A DNA stretch of 63,909 nucleotides, the filler included, from Reclinomonas americana ATCC 50394 (taxonomy: Eukaryota): assembly GCA_048213135.1 (NCBI GenBank). It is 11 parts of 11 records of this genome, joined end to end, with 100 filler letters (N's around TTAATTAATTAA, not from the genome) between each part and the next. Parts side by side here need not be neighbours in the genome. Positions count along the whole stretch, not along the records: positions 61,011 to 63,909 come from AFZH01022100.1; 10 more parts are not named here. One strand, given 5' to 3'. The notes beneath the pieces were generated by a model, which did not search any database, was not told the origin of the DNA, and worked only from the letters and a program-made list of their open reading frames with translations. The first letter of the stretch is position 1. Every line of letters starts with the position of its first letter. Both the position numbers and the translations under genes were made by a program. Below, one piece after another: positions 63,218-63,909 of this stretch.

Positions 63218-63811
63218 GTCGATTGCGCCTCTCAGTCTCTCTTGCCCGTTCGTTCCCCCTTGATCGCTTGTCTCTCTGTGTGAAATCGAAATTTCCACAA
63301 AAAATGAAGAGGAGCGCTTGTCACTGCAAACGAGGGGCATTCGCTTTGTGCTCGTACTGTTTCTGCGATGACTCAGCTGCGGTCTGGTGCTCACTCAAGA
63401 TGATGGAGATCGACCATGCAGCACGGACTGCTGGGTCACTCAATTGTCGAGCGTTTGATTGCCTCTGCCTCCTGAAAGGGAAGGTGACTGATGCAGAAGA
63501 GCAATTGTGTGTTCTTGTATATTGTTGGTGTGCCAAGGTCATTGTCGGCACGGGATTTGTGGACTTCTGTCGCACTATTGCAATGTGGTGATATCGATTG
63601 AATTCGAAGTGGTTTTGGGTACCGTGTTGCCGTTGTTGCAATTGCCTTTCGTCACCGTCGATTTCCTCTACATGACTTGCAATGCCAACACTCGGTTGGA
63701 TACTCCAGGCACTCGAAGGGCCGGCTCTTCGCACTTCACAAAACAAACATTGATTATTCCGCGCGTCCCACAGGACTCCTCACTCACTCACTCTCCATCA
63801 TTCACACAACA

Positions 63812-63909
63812 ATGCACGCACGCCGCCACCTCGTGCGCCTTCACGGTGGCGGCTGCGTCTTCTCCCGCTGCCGGTCCGCCTCCAACTCCGCAGCCGCCGC
63901 AGCAGGAAA
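63812..63909 (+). CDS. Possible start of the next gene (mitochondrial transit peptide-like)
   Basis: It reads MHARRHLVRLHGGGCVFSRCRSASNSAAAAAG, which is Arg/Ser/Ala-rich with no acidic residues and open to the window end. Confidence 0.3.
   Translation, partial: MHARRHLVRLHGGGCVFSRCRSASNSAAAAAG

Overview
This is intron-rich eukaryotic (protist-like) draft genomic DNA with short GT-AG introns, many micro-exons and microsatellites. It has ten 100-nt scaffold gaps carrying a TTAATTAATTAA stop linker. The supplied ORF track ignores splicing, so gene models were rebuilt by hand. In order, the window holds: (1) a minus-strand ammonium transporter (Amt) fused in-frame to an apparently complete class III adenylate cyclase; (2) a divergently transcribed TmcB-like multi-TM / 3xPAS / cyclase gene whose cyclase lacks both metal-binding aspartates; (3) an ankyrin / coiled-coil / IRAK-Pelle-like kinase; (4) a glutaredoxin-like protein; (5) an RRM / Pro-rich gene segment; (6) a probable Sen1/senataxin-like helicase whose core is lost in a gap; (7) a six-exon cytochrome c; (8) a tandem array of eight 7-repeat WD40 genes that are mosaics of each other and share a conserved C-terminal tail; (9) a FANCA-like gene; (10) a lectin-like protein ending in four knottin-like Cys repeats. 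The best candidates for new biology are the Amt-adenylate cyclase receptor with its divergent partner, and the diversifying WD40 array. Family assignments come from motif recognition, not database searches.
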